Counted from the stretch's first letter, positions 31,216 to 42,680 are shown. The stretch is 64,000 nucleotides of DNA from a bacterium (GCA_965249485.1 OZ252239.1:3200001-3264000); one strand, 5' to 3'. The notes: generated by a model not told the origin, from the sequence alone. Numbers and translations are program-made.

Positions 31216-33408
31216 CTAAAGACCGAGGAACTCATCTACTTTTGCCAAAGCATCAAACACCTTCGGTTTTGCTTTCTGAGAATTGATTGCATTTTCTATT
31301 GCGAGTTTATAATTCTCGATTGCACTTTTGTATTCTGTTACATTTGCGCCCATCGTTCCATATTTCTCAGCATTGAGATAACCATATTTGATTGCATTTT
31401 CGAAGGCATCAACAGCGGCATCATAATTTTTTTCTTCGAGATAAATATTCCCTAAACTGTTATGCGCCTTCCAGTAAAGCTGGTTACTTTTTAACGAATT
31501 AAAATAACTTTCTTTCGCCTCATCATGCTCCCCACGCTTTTTATGAATCTCTCCAATGAGAAAATGTGCTTCATAATCACCACCGAGTTTACTGAGTATG
31601 AGAAGATTAAACTCACCTTTATCAAGATGCTCTTTTCTGTATTCGAGATACTTTTCCAACTGCTCTTTTGAATTGTCGAGCTCACCTACTAAATAGTAGC
31701 ACAATCCTAATATTAGGATGGGATCAATATAATTTTCTTTCTTTTTGATCGCTTTAAGACAATATTCTTCACAACGTTCGTAATCATCTTTGTTCAGGTA
31801 AATCACAGCAAGTTGAAACAATCCCATGAGCAGTAAATGCTCATTATTGCCGGGATTTTCTTCCATCAATCGTACACATTCTTGAGCATATGGTTCGGCT
31901 TTATCAACAAAATTCCTACTCAAGAACATCTGTGCTGTATTCATCTGAACAAATGGATTGTCAGGCTGTTCCTTAACCTGGTTGAGCAGAAGATTAATAG
32001 AACGTTCGAATTTATTTTTCATCTTTTCTCTATCGAGATCATATCCCAAATGATAAATCTTCATTTCCGAAACAGCCATAGCAGCGGGAATCTGAAGAAC
32101 ATTGTGAACAATGCCGTCATAATAGATGTCTGGTGATTTTCTGAACATTCGGGGAGAGTAATGTTTTCCGAAATTTGCACCTCCCGCCTGTCCCGGCAAT
32201 GTTGAGTAGACTGCACAACATATGACATCATGATCCTTCTGCCATTTCATGGATCGTATAGCAGGTATATCTTCATGTGCCAGTCGCTCATCTGCATCAA
32301 TAATTAGAACCCATTCACCTGTCACTTTGCTGATAGAATAATTCCTCGCTTCACTAAAATCGTTTTTCCATTCATGATGGTACAACGAAACCTGAAATTC
32401 CTTCGCAATTTCTACAGTTCTATCGTCTGATCCCGTATCGACAATAACGATTTCATCTACTGCCTCACGGAAAGACTGGATGCATTCCTCGAGCATATGC
32501 TCTTCATTTTTAACGATCATTGCTACTGAAATCTTAGGTTCGGGATCTCCATAAAATGGATAGCTCCGCAGCTCATCCAGTACTTGCAGGGCTTCCTGAT
32601 GTTGAGGAAAGTGTTTCAGATATTCAAGAAGATACTCTTCAGCATCATAAATTTTATACAACTTATGGTAAATTAATGCGATATCGAGCAGCACTTCAAT
32701 GTTGCCGGCATCTTTCGCTTTCATAAATTGAATTTCAGCACCAATATAGAAATGATTTTCAGCGTAAATGATGCCGATAAAACGGTGAATCTCATCTTTT
32801 TCAGGGCAGTTGTTAAGACCTTCGCGGAGTATTGTTTGAGCATCCTCAAAGCTACCCTCTTTATGATAAATAATTCCGAGATTGATATAAAAAAACGGGT
32901 AGTCATTTTTGAGCTGAATTCCTTTTTTCAGTACTTCCTTTGCCTCTTCGTTTCTTTCTGAATTGAGCAATGTTGTGGCATAATTATTGGCCAGTTCATG
33001 AGCATTTTGCACTGCGGAAGTTATGCTTGCAGGTTGATTTTTATCATCCTGAGTCGCATCGAGAAACAACTTTCCGTACCGTATGACATCGTCCGTAGCA
33101 CGTTCGGTATAGGCAATGCTGAACAAAAGAAATGCAGCATCCACCACACCCAGATTGTTATCAAGGAGCGGCTGCAAAATCATTTTTGCATCGTCAATTT
33201 TGTTTAAACGGATAAGAGAAAATCCGAATATAGTAGATACCTGAACAAAATTTGTTGTTCCTAATTCGTCAAGCGGTAGCGTAATCAACTCCTGTGCAAT
33301 GATTGCTGCCTGAGTAAAATCATCCATGCCAAGTGCCGAATTCATTGTGTCTATTGCTTTTTCAATAGATTTATCCATTTTATCCCCAATGCTCTTATTC
33401 TTTGTCAT
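31216..33408 (-). CDS. TPR-containing GT2 glycosyltransferase (putative flagellin glycosylation)
   Basis: MIVKNEE, VDTGS.D.T, DFSEARN, DADE and H.GY motifs flanked by TPRs; adjacent to fliS. Confidence 0.88.
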   Translation of the reverse strand: MTKNKSIGDKMDKSIEKAIDTMNSALGMDDFTQAAIIAQELITLPLDELGTTNFVQVSTIFGFSLIRLNKIDDAKMILQPLLDNNLGVVDAAFLLFSIAYTERATDDVIRYGKLFLDATQDDKNQPASITSAVQNAHELANNYATTLLNSERNEEAKEVLKKGIQLKNDYPFFYINLGIIYHKEGSFEDAQTILREGLNNCPEKDEIHRFIGIIYAENHFYIGAEIQFMKAKDAGNIEVLLDIALIYHKLYKIYDAEEYLLEYLKHFPQHQEALQVLDELRSYPFYGDPEPKISVAMIVKNEEHMLEECIQSFREAVDEIVIVDTGSDDRTVEIAKEFQVSLYHHEWKNDFSEARNYSISKVTGEWVLIIDADERLAHEDIPAIRSMKWQKDHDVICCAVYSTLPGQAGGANFGKHYSPRMFRKSPDIYYDGIVHNVLQIPAAMAVSEMKIYHLGYDLDREKMKNKFERSINLLLNQVKEQPDNPFVQMNTAQMFLSRNFVDKAEPYAQECVRLMEENPGNNEHLLLMGLFQLAVIYLNKDDYERCEEYCLKAIKKKENYIDPILILGLCYYLVGELDNSKEQLEKYLEYRKEHLDKGEFNLLILSKLGGDYEAHFLIGEIHKKRGEHDEAKESYFNSLKSNQLYWKAHNSLGNIYLEEKNYDAAVDAFENAIKYGYLNAEKYGTMGANVTEYKSAIENYKLAIENAINSQKAKPKVFDALAKVDEFLGL

Positions 33409-33469
33409 TATGATACTGTGCTAGGATTTTTGATAGTCATTAGTGTATGCACTATTTGTATAGTAAAAA

Positions 33470-34873
33470 TTATAAATAGAGATTTACAATCTCATCGACA
33501 GCACGAAGATGCTTTTTCAGAGAAAACTTCTCCGTCATTATCTTCCTGTTTACACTAGTAACTGATTGTTTGTTGCTCTTCTCATATTGTTTCAATAATT
33601 CAAGACATTCATCAACTGTTTTAAACATCATCTCTTTCGGATAAAAATCATCACTGCCTGGCCAATTATGTACCAGTGGTATGAGCCCGCTACTTATACC
33701 TTCAATAACAGAATATGGACACCCTTCGATCATGGAGCTCGAAATAATGTAATCCTTATCAGCCATCCATGAAGCAATGTCATCAATCCATCCGTGATAT
33801 TGAATTGGTATCGATAATGCTGTGCATAAATGATTAAAGTATTTCTCTATAACTGGGTCCTGATGAACTCCGGCAATATGAAACCTGTACTCGGTATCAT
33901 ACGAATGAATTTTAGCAAAACATTGCGCAAGGAGTTCCGGTCCTTTTTCCTTTTTTATAAAACCGACATACGCTACATTTTTTCCGTATATGTTGTTCTC
34001 AGGCGGTGCAAATTTACTGAGGTCTATTCCATTTGGTATAGCTGTTATGGGAATGGGTACCTCAAATTTTTCTTTTACAAAATCAGCCATATGATTCGAA
34101 ACGCAAATCAGATGATCAACATTTTTCCAATTGACTTTAGACGGCATATCGGTAAAGGCTTCATAACGGTGAAGTCTACAGATTGTTTTCCCGTATTTCG
34201 GTAACTTTGAAGCATGAACAATCAAATTATCGCACCATTCAAACCAGCACAATTCGCTCTCTTTCATCATTCCCGCAATTTCTGATATGGTCGACCCGGA
34301 AAACTGCCGAACTTTAAGTTTTCCTTCATAGTGTGCTTTTATGTCCTTGAGAAAAAAATCGTTCGTCGTAAAAAATGTGAGAGTTTTTCGGTTATCTGTC
34401 TGCTTTTGCATCGTATTGCCAGTCAGTTCCCGAAGTTTTTTCTTTATCCCATCCTGATCGGGATTGAAAGAATACGACCTCTCAAATGCCTCAATGGCGC
34501 TGGAAATATCACCGACTTCAGCTGCACTTTCTCCGCAAGCATTCAAGGACTCTAAACAATCAAGCTTTTGAATCCCTATTATCTTAAAATGTTTGTATGC
34601 CTCGTGGTAATCAGATGTTTTAAAATAGTGGAGCGCAATTTGTTCGATATACTGATTGTTGTGAGGAGCTAATGTGTGGGCTTTCAACAGGAATGCAAGT
34701 GCTTGATCCTGCATATCTAACAGCTCACATGCATTCGCCATAAGATAGAAAGCTTCATGTTGGTCTGGATATTGTTCTAAACCTTCACGGATGAGCTTTA
34801 ACGCATCTTTCGGCCTATTTTGAGACAGTAATTCCCTGCCTTGCTCTAAGAGATTTACAACTTTTTCGGGCAT
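33470..34873 (-). CDS. TPR + GT4 glycosyltransferase
   Basis: N-terminal TPRs; RLHRYEAF, IPNGID, KGP and EG.P..V.EG motifs. Confidence 0.85.
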   Translation of the reverse strand: MPEKVVNLLEQGRELLSQNRPKDALKLIREGLEQYPDQHEAFYLMANACELLDMQDQALAFLLKAHTLAPHNNQYIEQIALHYFKTSDYHEAYKHFKIIGIQKLDCLESLNACGESAAEVGDISSAIEAFERSYSFNPDQDGIKKKLRELTGNTMQKQTDNRKTLTFFTTNDFFLKDIKAHYEGKLKVRQFSGSTISEIAGMMKESELCWFEWCDNLIVHASKLPKYGKTICRLHRYEAFTDMPSKVNWKNVDHLICVSNHMADFVKEKFEVPIPITAIPNGIDLSKFAPPENNIYGKNVAYVGFIKKEKGPELLAQCFAKIHSYDTEYRFHIAGVHQDPVIEKYFNHLCTALSIPIQYHGWIDDIASWMADKDYIISSSMIEGCPYSVIEGISSGLIPLVHNWPGSDDFYPKEMMFKTVDECLELLKQYEKSNKQSVTSVNRKIMTEKFSLKKHLRAVDEIVNLYL

Positions 34874-35065
34874 AATAACTGCTTGTGTGTAAAAATCAAT
34901 TGGCATACAACTTTTACAAACGAATACCGATATATTCTGCACATTGTATATAGTTAAAAAACCAATTCTCTAACGATATATTAATCGACAAGTCAGAAAA
35001 TTTAATTTAGTTATTAGACTTTCGTAGTTTTATCATCCGAAAACTTACTCAGGATATTCAGCAAT

Positions 35066-35846
35066 TTATGAGTTGGTACCGTTCTTCTTTGAGCAGAGAC
35101 AGATAATTTGAGGGCTTGTTTGTGAAAAGGCCGATCGGTCATAATTACCAAAAACGTTTTTAACAGTAAAACCGTTTTTTCCAACAAGTAAATCAATTCA
35201 TACCGGAATATTATACTCATCTTTAGATTATTACTCGCTGAGTAATTTTTCCTTTCTGATCATACTCTTCATATAAAAAATCAATGTCAATAAGTTGATT
35301 TGCCATATCCCTCTTGGCAAGCTCCCACTGCACAACTACTTTTTGTATTTCGGGAATGTAAAAGTGCTGCAGAAACTGCATTTTTGGTTCCCGGACAGCA
35401 CAAAGATCAAAATTCGGTGAAAACACGTCGATAATAAATTGGCCGTCATCTTCAAGATGCTCCAAACATGTCTGCAAGCACTTGTCGATGTCTGCTCTAT
35501 CGGTTAATAACAGAAATGAATTAAATGGGATAATGATAACTTTAAATTTCCGGTCAAGTTGAAACGTACGCATATCCTGTTGAGAAAAGTGAACACGTTC
35601 CCGGACATCGGGGTCTTCATCCTTCAATTTTCTGTCAAATATCTTCAACATTTCCGGTGAGTTATCAATGTCCCATATTTCAAATCCTTCACGTGCAAGA
35701 GGAAACGTTACTCTTCCACTACCGCAGGCAAGCTCAAGAATAGGTCCACCATAATTTTGAGATTCTTGAATTAAGAATGGTATGTCCTGTGTGAAATTCC
35801 GCCATTCAGCTTCATAGTAAATAGCTAACGGATCGTATTCAGACAT
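35066..35846 (-). pseudogene. Class I SAM-dependent methyltransferase with two apparent 3' frameshifts
   Basis: LELACGSGR, DNSPEML and DMR motifs. The continuation is split across two other frames (FRYEL..LLE, then GFTVKNVFGNYD). Confidence 0.75.
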
Positions 35847-36032
35847 GTGTGTTGACCTTTTTTATTAAACCATAATAAAAAACCAGCCATTCCGGATTGA
35901 ACGCTGGTTTATCGATGAAAAATATAGACAAAAGCAGAATATATGTCAAGGCATACTTGTTAATGATACTCTGCTCGTCACATCGCTTTATCCGGATAAC
36001 CCGGTTCACATTACTGCATGTGAACCATTCAT

Positions 36033-37175
36033 TCAATGTAATTCCCTGTCTTTTGGTAACTGTGCTTTTCCAAAAAGAGAAAGACGCAATTTACCCCGGG
36101 AGCGATCATCCTTGATACACTTTAAGTTGTATTTCGGTTCTAAAAAGTTATCGCCATATTTCAATGCTTTTTTTAATTCTGAGACAGATTTTTCGTATTC
36201 ACCCATGTGAAAGTATAATACACCTGCATTATTACGGCAACCTGCATGCTCAGGATTGAGATTAAGACATTTCGAATATTCGTCATGTGCTAATTTGTAT
36301 TTTCTAATTTTATAGTAACAATTTCCTGCATGGAAATAAGCATCATCATTTTCGCAATTGAGCTTTTGTGCCTTATTGAGATGCAGCAAGGCATCATTCG
36401 TTTTTCCTATACGGTAGAGCAATTTTCCCAGTGAGATACGAAACTCTTCTTCATTATTATAAGCCCGCGATAAATACTCAGCTATCACTACCGGGTCGTG
36501 TTTTTGAATTGCCTTTGTTTCAAAATTCCTGTAGTCATTCCAATCTAAACTTATCCGCTCAGGAGTTATTCGATTTCTAACAAGCGGTAGATCGATATAT
36601 TCGACTCTCGTCTTAGAACCGACTCTGAGAAAGAGATCGTAATCATACGCATGATTAAACGATTCATCAAAACCACTGGATTTTTTAAAAATACTCGACA
36701 ATATAAGTGTTGATGAAATGGTATTAATATTATTACTCTCAAACATTTTTCCGAGAAAGTAGTTTGATGAGAAGGAAGGAAATTTGCTGACACCGGTCAT
36801 AAATGTTCCACATTCATCTATAAATGTGGTGGCACAAAATACCATTCCGGTCTTAGGTTCATCCTGAAAGCGTTTTACGCTGAGCTCATAGCGCATTTTA
36901 CCATTAATATCCTGTGCATCAATAAAAGACAGATAATGACCCTGTGCTTTTGTAAATCCAAGATTATATGCTTCTGCTTTATTGAGTAATCCTGATGAAA
37001 CATGGATTATGTCCTTCTTAAATTCTTCAGAAGCCTCTACTACTTCATCATGATATCCGTTATCGATTATGATAACTTCTAAATTTCTATATGTGCTGTT
37101 AAAAATTGAAGAGAGGCAGTTTGAAAAAAAATCCATATTTTCTATTGCGGGAATAATAACGCTAATTTTGTCCAC
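36033..37175 (-). CDS. GT2-fold + TPR protein (degenerate DxD)
   Basis: ISVIIP, EVIIIDNG, FIDAQD, GFDE and DYDLFLR motifs; C-terminal TPRs. Confidence 0.82.
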   Translation of the reverse strand: MDKISVIIPAIENMDFFSNCLSSIFNSTYRNLEVIIIDNGYHDEVVEASEEFKKDIIHVSSGLLNKAEAYNLGFTKAQGHYLSFIDAQDINGKMRYELSVKRFQDEPKTGMVFCATTFIDECGTFMTGVSKFPSFSSNYFLGKMFESNNINTISSTLILSSIFKKSSGFDESFNHAYDYDLFLRVGSKTRVEYIDLPLVRNRITPERISLDWNDYRNFETKAIQKHDPVVIAEYLSRAYNNEEEFRISLGKLLYRIGKTNDALLHLNKAQKLNCENDDAYFHAGNCYYKIRKYKLAHDEYSKCLNLNPEHAGCRNNAGVLYFHMGEYEKSVSELKKALKYGDNFLEPKYNLKCIKDDRSRGKLRLSLFGKAQLPKDRELH

Positions 37176-37559
37176 AGAACTTTTCCTTGTTCACGACAAT
37201 GAAGGGTAATTGTGATTATATAAGACGGGTTGTCTTGAAACTCCTTTGTCTAATTGTCGGATAAATTGGTATAAAAGTTTATTTTTGGAAGCATAAAAAA
37301 TGTAACAGTAAAGACACCGGATTTTCTAATGATTAAAACTATTCGTAAGCACATAATTTCTCCGTCATTATTATCCACAACTGTTCAAAAAGCAGACAAT
37401 CTATTTGTTTTTCTTTAATTTTATATCTAGTATCACTAATGAGCAAATAAATGTAATGAGCTCACCTGACATCAGCACCGTATTCATTCAAGATTAATTC
37501 TTTTCTTAATAGCTCAATGAAAAACAAGCGCAGTTTCAATGTTACGACCTCAAGGTGCC

Positions 37560-37667
37560 ATGAGTGTAATTGACATACTTACCCTGGAAAATGATACCAT
37601 TGATATAGCAGGTATGGAGACGTTAATACATTTCTCCCTTAATCTGCCTAATCGTACAAAATACTGA
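37560..37667 (+). pseudogene. N-terminal remnant of a third paralog of the 38042/39460 family
   Basis: MSVIDILTLENDTIDIAGMETLI resembles MAGIPDLFSSEGDSIEIAGIESLV (38042); stops after 35 codons. Confidence 0.6.
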
Positions 37668-38041
37668 AGGTTTTGTGGAAGGCCACTATGCACGCTGTAT
37701 ATTGACCACTACAAGATTGCTGAAATTTTACAGTCTGCATTATATATGAATACTAAAGCGATACACATAAAATCCATAACGAAAGCGAACCTGCACCAGA
37801 TACTACACAAAAATAGAATTAATTATTCCATTGTAGGCAACTAATATTTTCAATATTTATACTTGTATTTCAATCACCATTTTTGTAACTTTTGTCGTTC
37901 ATTTGGCAGTGTCATAACAATATTGAACATATCCACACAGTATTCTCCAACCAACAATTGCCAAGGTGAGCACTTTTCACGTATTAATAGACTAATTAAT
38001 CAAAAAGGTTTGTGACATCTTAATTATAGGTGGGCTATAAT

Positions 38042-39356
38042 ATGGCGGGAATTCCAGATTTATTTTCATCAGAAGGTGACAGCATTGAAATTGCTGGTAT
38101 TGAGTCTCTAGTAAAAATATGTAAATTCAATCCTCAAAAAAAAAGATAAATTCTTTAACGGTTTAGAACTTGCCGATGATTTGGTTGATGATCAGGCAAT
38201 TACTTTGTATACCAAGGGAACTTCAATTTCGGTCGACCGCGTACAAAGACTGGTAAACCTGAGAGCCAATAAACCAGACTTCGTAATGAAATTCAAAATC
38301 AAGAGAAGTGCAGAGTTGATTGCAAATTTCAAAAAAGATATCCTGTAGAAGGTTGCAAAATTAACCGAGTTTAAAAAAAGTTATAAAGTATATGCGGAAT
38401 TAATAGGCTCTATTGCCCAAGACATTCAATCTGTGATCGATGAGATGCTCACCGATGAAAACATGATTCTAACAATATTTAAGATGAAATTTTCAACAGA
38501 AACAACCGGCAATAAAAATGCGACCCTTTATTTTAATCATACAATTAGCGTTGTACTCTTTTCCTATGCAATAGCACAGTCTGCTTCTCTCAAAGATACA
38601 ATCAAATTTACTAAGGATGATTACACTAATCTTCTGAAAACAGCATTTTTTCATAATATTGGCGCGTTGACTACTGTAGATACATTCATGGATCTGGGAG
38701 ATTCTGATAGAAAGAAAAAGTATTATGAAGCGAACCGAAACAGCGGTTTTTCGTTGAGTAGCTTGCAGCTTCCGTTTGAGATAATGGATGCAATCCGGTT
38801 TATCGGTGAGCATCCCTTTGAGCGGTATGAATTTGTGAATGATACCGAAAAAAAAGCGAGTTGGTTTGCTAACATTATTGTTGCTGCTGATTTCTATTCA
38901 CAGTTAGAAGTAGGGTTATTCGGCTCGCATCTAAAACCATCAAAAATTATTGATAAGCTCAATTTAATGGGCCGGGAAGAGCAACTTAATATGGAAGTTG
39001 TCAAGGCCTTCTCTCTCGGTTTGAATCTAAAAGATATATTTGATTTTTATATGGGAATGGAACGGTTACAGAGTTTGTGTAAAGTTCAGGGAGGCCGGCA
39101 TGCTTGGCCTTATCCAATGTCGGGATTTAAAAGTCCGACACTGTTTATCTGCGAGAGGGAAATCACTACTTGTGAACATTTTGAAAAGTCCCTCAAGGCT
39201 GTAACGCTTTTAAAACCTATGAGAAAACTCAAGGACGGAAAATATGCGCGCTGTCTTCTTACGTCACCACAACTGCAAGATTTTTACGCAGAACACTACG
39301 AAGACATTAAAAGTGACATGAAAGATTCAGGTCAAGAAGATGGTGATGAGAAATAG
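38042..39356 (+). pseudogene. Degenerate HD-domain (HD-GYP-like) protein, disrupted
   Basis: Frameshift in the A9 run at 38136-38144 and in-frame TAG at about 38346. The reconstruction aligns with the 39460 paralog; HN replaces HD. Confidence 0.7.
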
Positions 39357-39459
39357 AGATTTTGATTGCCCACTATACTAAGAGAATCATCAACGGATTC
39401 GACAGTCTTTATAATCAAATAACTCCCTAACTGTAACACTTACTTTAATTGGAATAAAT

Positions 39460-40930
39460 ATGAAAATATTGCCTGACGCGTTAGAATTCGAAACCATAGA
39501 AGATCTTTGTATTTTCCTGCGATATGATGCGAAAAACGCCAAGTCAATACCTCCCGGATATGTCACTGCCGAAGATATGCTCAATAATAAAGGTGGTGTG
39601 CTGTATGCAAAAGACACCGAGCTTGATGCCTCACGTCTTGGGAGATTGATCCGAATTATCGAGAATAATCCGGAAGTTAAACCTAAATTTGCCGTAAAGC
39701 TCAATGATGTTGTGATCAAAATCGAACAGGCAAAAATTCTTGCCGCAATCAAGCAGCTTATTGAATCAAAAGCATCCCGCAAGGTCTATGCCCGATTCAT
39801 TGGGATGACCATGAAAATAATCGAAACCCGCTTTCAGGATATATTTACGTCAACAGAAATTATCCTAATATATAAGCAAATTAAAATTTCTTGAAGACAA
39901 AGCTAAAAAATCAATAATCAGTATATTTTACAACCATATGCTGAATACACTTATTTTCTCTCTCGGTATTGTTGGTTATCTGCAGGATCAGGCAAAGGAA
40001 AAGATCGAAACCGAAGATATCGGGAATGTGGGAATTCTGGCAATGCTTCATGCTATCGGTGGATGGGCATCAAGCGGAGAATTTTTTGAAATACCTCTTG
40101 AGGATAGAAAAGCAAAATACATTGAAGCAAATGCAACTAATTACGAAACGTTGAAAAGTGATGAACAGATCTCAAAAACATTTGCAGATGATAATATTCT
40201 CAATGCAGTGAAGTACTGTTATGAATTTCAAGCCGAACAATTCGACTTTTTTGCGAGCGATTCAAAGGCCGGACTCTATGCTAAAATTGTCTGTGTTGCA
40301 AGTTATTTTGATGAGGCCATATCCGGAATATGGGGATCTTCACGCACCGCAAGGGAAGTAGTTGATGTCATGTATGTAAAGGTGCAGTCACAAAAAATGC
40401 CGAAACATTATGTTGATGCTCTCGCAAAAAGCCTTCAGTTTACTGATTTATTTGACTTTTATCGTGAACTCGAGATTTTGGACAACTCGTGTAAACGTGA
40501 AGCCGGAAAAGCGTATCCGATGACCGGTTTCAAGAGTCCTATAATTTTTGTCTGCCAGCAAAACCTAAACGAGTGTAAAGAGTATGTTGCAAGTGCAAAT
40601 GTGATCAATGTATTCAAGGAGATGGGCGGATTAGAAGAAGGACAATACAATAGATGCGAGGGTTTATCTGAGAGGTTGATCAAGTTTTATGAAGAACACT
40701 ATAAGGAAATTAAACAAGAAGTGATGGCAAAACAATTCGGTTTGAATAAAGAAGACGATGATGATGAAGCTACTGCTCCCGAAAGAAATCAGCCGCATGA
40801 TCAGGGAGCAAAAACTGAAGAAGCCGGCGAAAACAAAAATGAAGCTAAAGATGAATCAAAGGAAGCCGGAGGCGATCCTGCCGATAAAGAATCAAAGGAG
40901 GCTGGAGGCAATCCCGCTGATTTGCAATAG
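39460..40930 (+). pseudogene. Degenerate HD-domain (HD-GYP-like) protein, frameshifted
   Basis: Removing one A at about 39883-39886 fuses ORFs 39460..39894 and 39938..40930. Shares PM.GFKSP..F.C and FY.EHY..IK with the upstream paralog. Confidence 0.7.
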
Positions 40931-41041
40931 TGATTTCTCACTCTTTATAAATATCCGTTTTATATGTATTATATTAATAGTCTTGTAAATATCTTGCTGT
41001 AATTCGTACTCCATATTCATTCATTAATATCGGGGTGATTC

Positions 41042-41413
41042 ATGAAAACTATACTAATTGTGGATGATGATCACAATATTCAAGAATTATTAAGAGATGC
41101 TTTAAGCCAAATAAAAGAGTGTGCAATTATTACCGCCAATGATGGTGAAGAAGCACTCGAAAAAATCATGGCCTCTCCCCCTGATCTTATCATTTTAGAC
41201 ATGATGCTTCCAAGAATCAGCGGCAATGCGCTCTTTTATGATCTGAAAAAATTAGAGGTGACAAAGAACACACCGGTTATTTTTATGTCGGGAACGTTTG
41301 TCGATAAACAAATTAAGCATGAAGCAATTAAAATGGGCGCTGTAGATTATCTGGATAAACCGCTGGATATTGAAGAGTTAATATCAAGCGTTCAATCTAT
41401 TCTTTCCGATTAA
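41042..41413 (+). CDS. Single-domain response regulator (receiver)
   Basis: LIVDDD, LDMMLP and DYL.KP motifs. Confidence 0.93.
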   Translation: MKTILIVDDDHNIQELLRDALSQIKECAIITANDGEEALEKIMASPPDLIILDMMLPRISGNALFYDLKKLEVTKNTPVIFMSGTFVDKQIKHEAIKMGAVDYLDKPLDIEELISSVQSILSD

Positions 41414-41490
41414 TTCACACCGAAGTTTTACTTTAGTTCCTTCACGAATTTATCTATCCTTGACGGAAATATCCCCCATAATCGCAGTAT

Positions 41491-41979
41491 TTAACCGGTA
41501 GGTTTGTGTTCGGGAAAAAATTTCCTGTGCTCAATTTTCATGCATTTATTCATAATGACAGTAATGCCGGCTGATCGTGCTATTTTGGCTGCTTCATTAT
41601 GAACAATTCCGAGCTGCATCCAGACAGCTTTAATGCCTATTTTTATAGCTTCATTAACAATAAACGGAACGTCATGAGAAGGACGGAATATACAGACAAT
41701 ATCAACAGGAACGGGGATATCGGTAAATGATGGGTGCGAATGTAATCCCATGATATCACCAGCTTTCGGATTGACTGGAATTATAATATAACCGTTTTGA
41801 ATTAAATAGCGGGCCACTCTGTAACTGTCTTTTTCCGGATAACGAGATAATCCGACAACAGCAACTGTTTTTGAACGTTCTAATAGCGTCCTGATCTCCT
41901 CAGGCAGTGGTGTTATATCCGGAAATTCGCAATTTATGCTCTTATTCGCAACAGTATCAATCTTTTGCTTTTCATTCAT
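41491..41979 (-). CDS. CoA-binding protein (YccU-like)
   Basis: AVVGLS, PVNP, DIV.IFR, VWMQLG and KCMKIEH motifs. Confidence 0.92.
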   Translation of the reverse strand: MNEKQKIDTVANKSINCEFPDITPLPEEIRTLLERSKTVAVVGLSRYPEKDSYRVARYLIQNGYIIIPVNPKAGDIMGLHSHPSFTDIPVPVDIVCIFRPSHDVPFIVNEAIKIGIKAVWMQLGIVHNEAAKIARSAGITVIMNKCMKIEHRKFFPEHKPTG

Positions 41980-42072
41980 TATGTTGATCTTTCAGAACAA
42001 TAATTAATGATACAGACTCACAAAATCTACAGTCTCCAATCCCAGGCAAACTACCAGTGTCTCTCACATCTG

Positions 42073-42282
42073 TCACGTATATCCTGATGGGCATTTCGGC
42101 TGCTGTGAACTGGATGAATAGTCACCTGCCGTACTGCCGATCGACGAGGCAGACATTAGTTTTTCTGTATCTTCCGAACCGCAGGACGGACATCGTATCC
42201 TTTTGGTTTCGGTTTTATAAGAAAACAGTAGTTCTTCAAACCGTGTTTCGCAGTGTGAACATTTAAATTCGAATATTGGCAT
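42073..42282 (-). CDS. FmdB family zinc-ribbon protein (terminal TGA possibly Sec)
   Basis: MPIFEFKC..C...FE and CPSCGS motifs. Confidence 0.9.
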   Translation of the reverse strand: MPIFEFKCSHCETRFEELLFSYKTETKRIRCPSCGSEDTEKLMSASSIGSTAGDYSSSSQQPKCPSGYT

Positions 42283-42293
42283 TTAATCATTCC

Positions 42294-42680
42294 TCAAAGC
42301 ATATCAATGACTGTATGAAGTTTCTGCTTCGCTTCTCTGGCTACTTGCTCGATTTCATTATTCGAGACAAATGACATCATTGCATCTGGTTCAATTGCAG
42401 AAACAGTGATTTTGCCCTGTTTATTTTCGTAAAGTATAATATTGCACGGTAGAAGAAGACCAATTTCATCTTCTTGCTGCAGTGCTCTGTATGCAAGATG
42501 CGGATTACAAACACCAAGTATTACATACGGTTTGAAATCAACATCAATTTTTTCTTTAAACGTGTCAGTAATATTGATTTCCGTTAAGACACCGAATCCT
42601 TCCTTTTTCAACTCATCCGAAAGGATTTCACGAGCTTCCTTAAAAGAATAATTTAATTCTTTTGAATATCCGAATTGCAT
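42294..42680 (-). CDS. DUF302 family protein
   Basis: GFGVLTEI, ILGVCNP and IGLLLPCN motifs. Confidence 0.92.
   Translation of the reverse strand: MQFGYSKELNYSFKEAREILSDELKKEGFGVLTEINITDTFKEKIDVDFKPYVILGVCNPHLAYRALQQEDEIGLLLPCNIILYENKQGKITVSAIEPDAMMSFVSNNEIEQVAREAKQKLHTVIDML

Noticed and set aside
40850..40925. 36-bp imperfect tandem repeat (KESKEAGG.PAD)
   Set aside because: Ordinary low-complexity protein tail.
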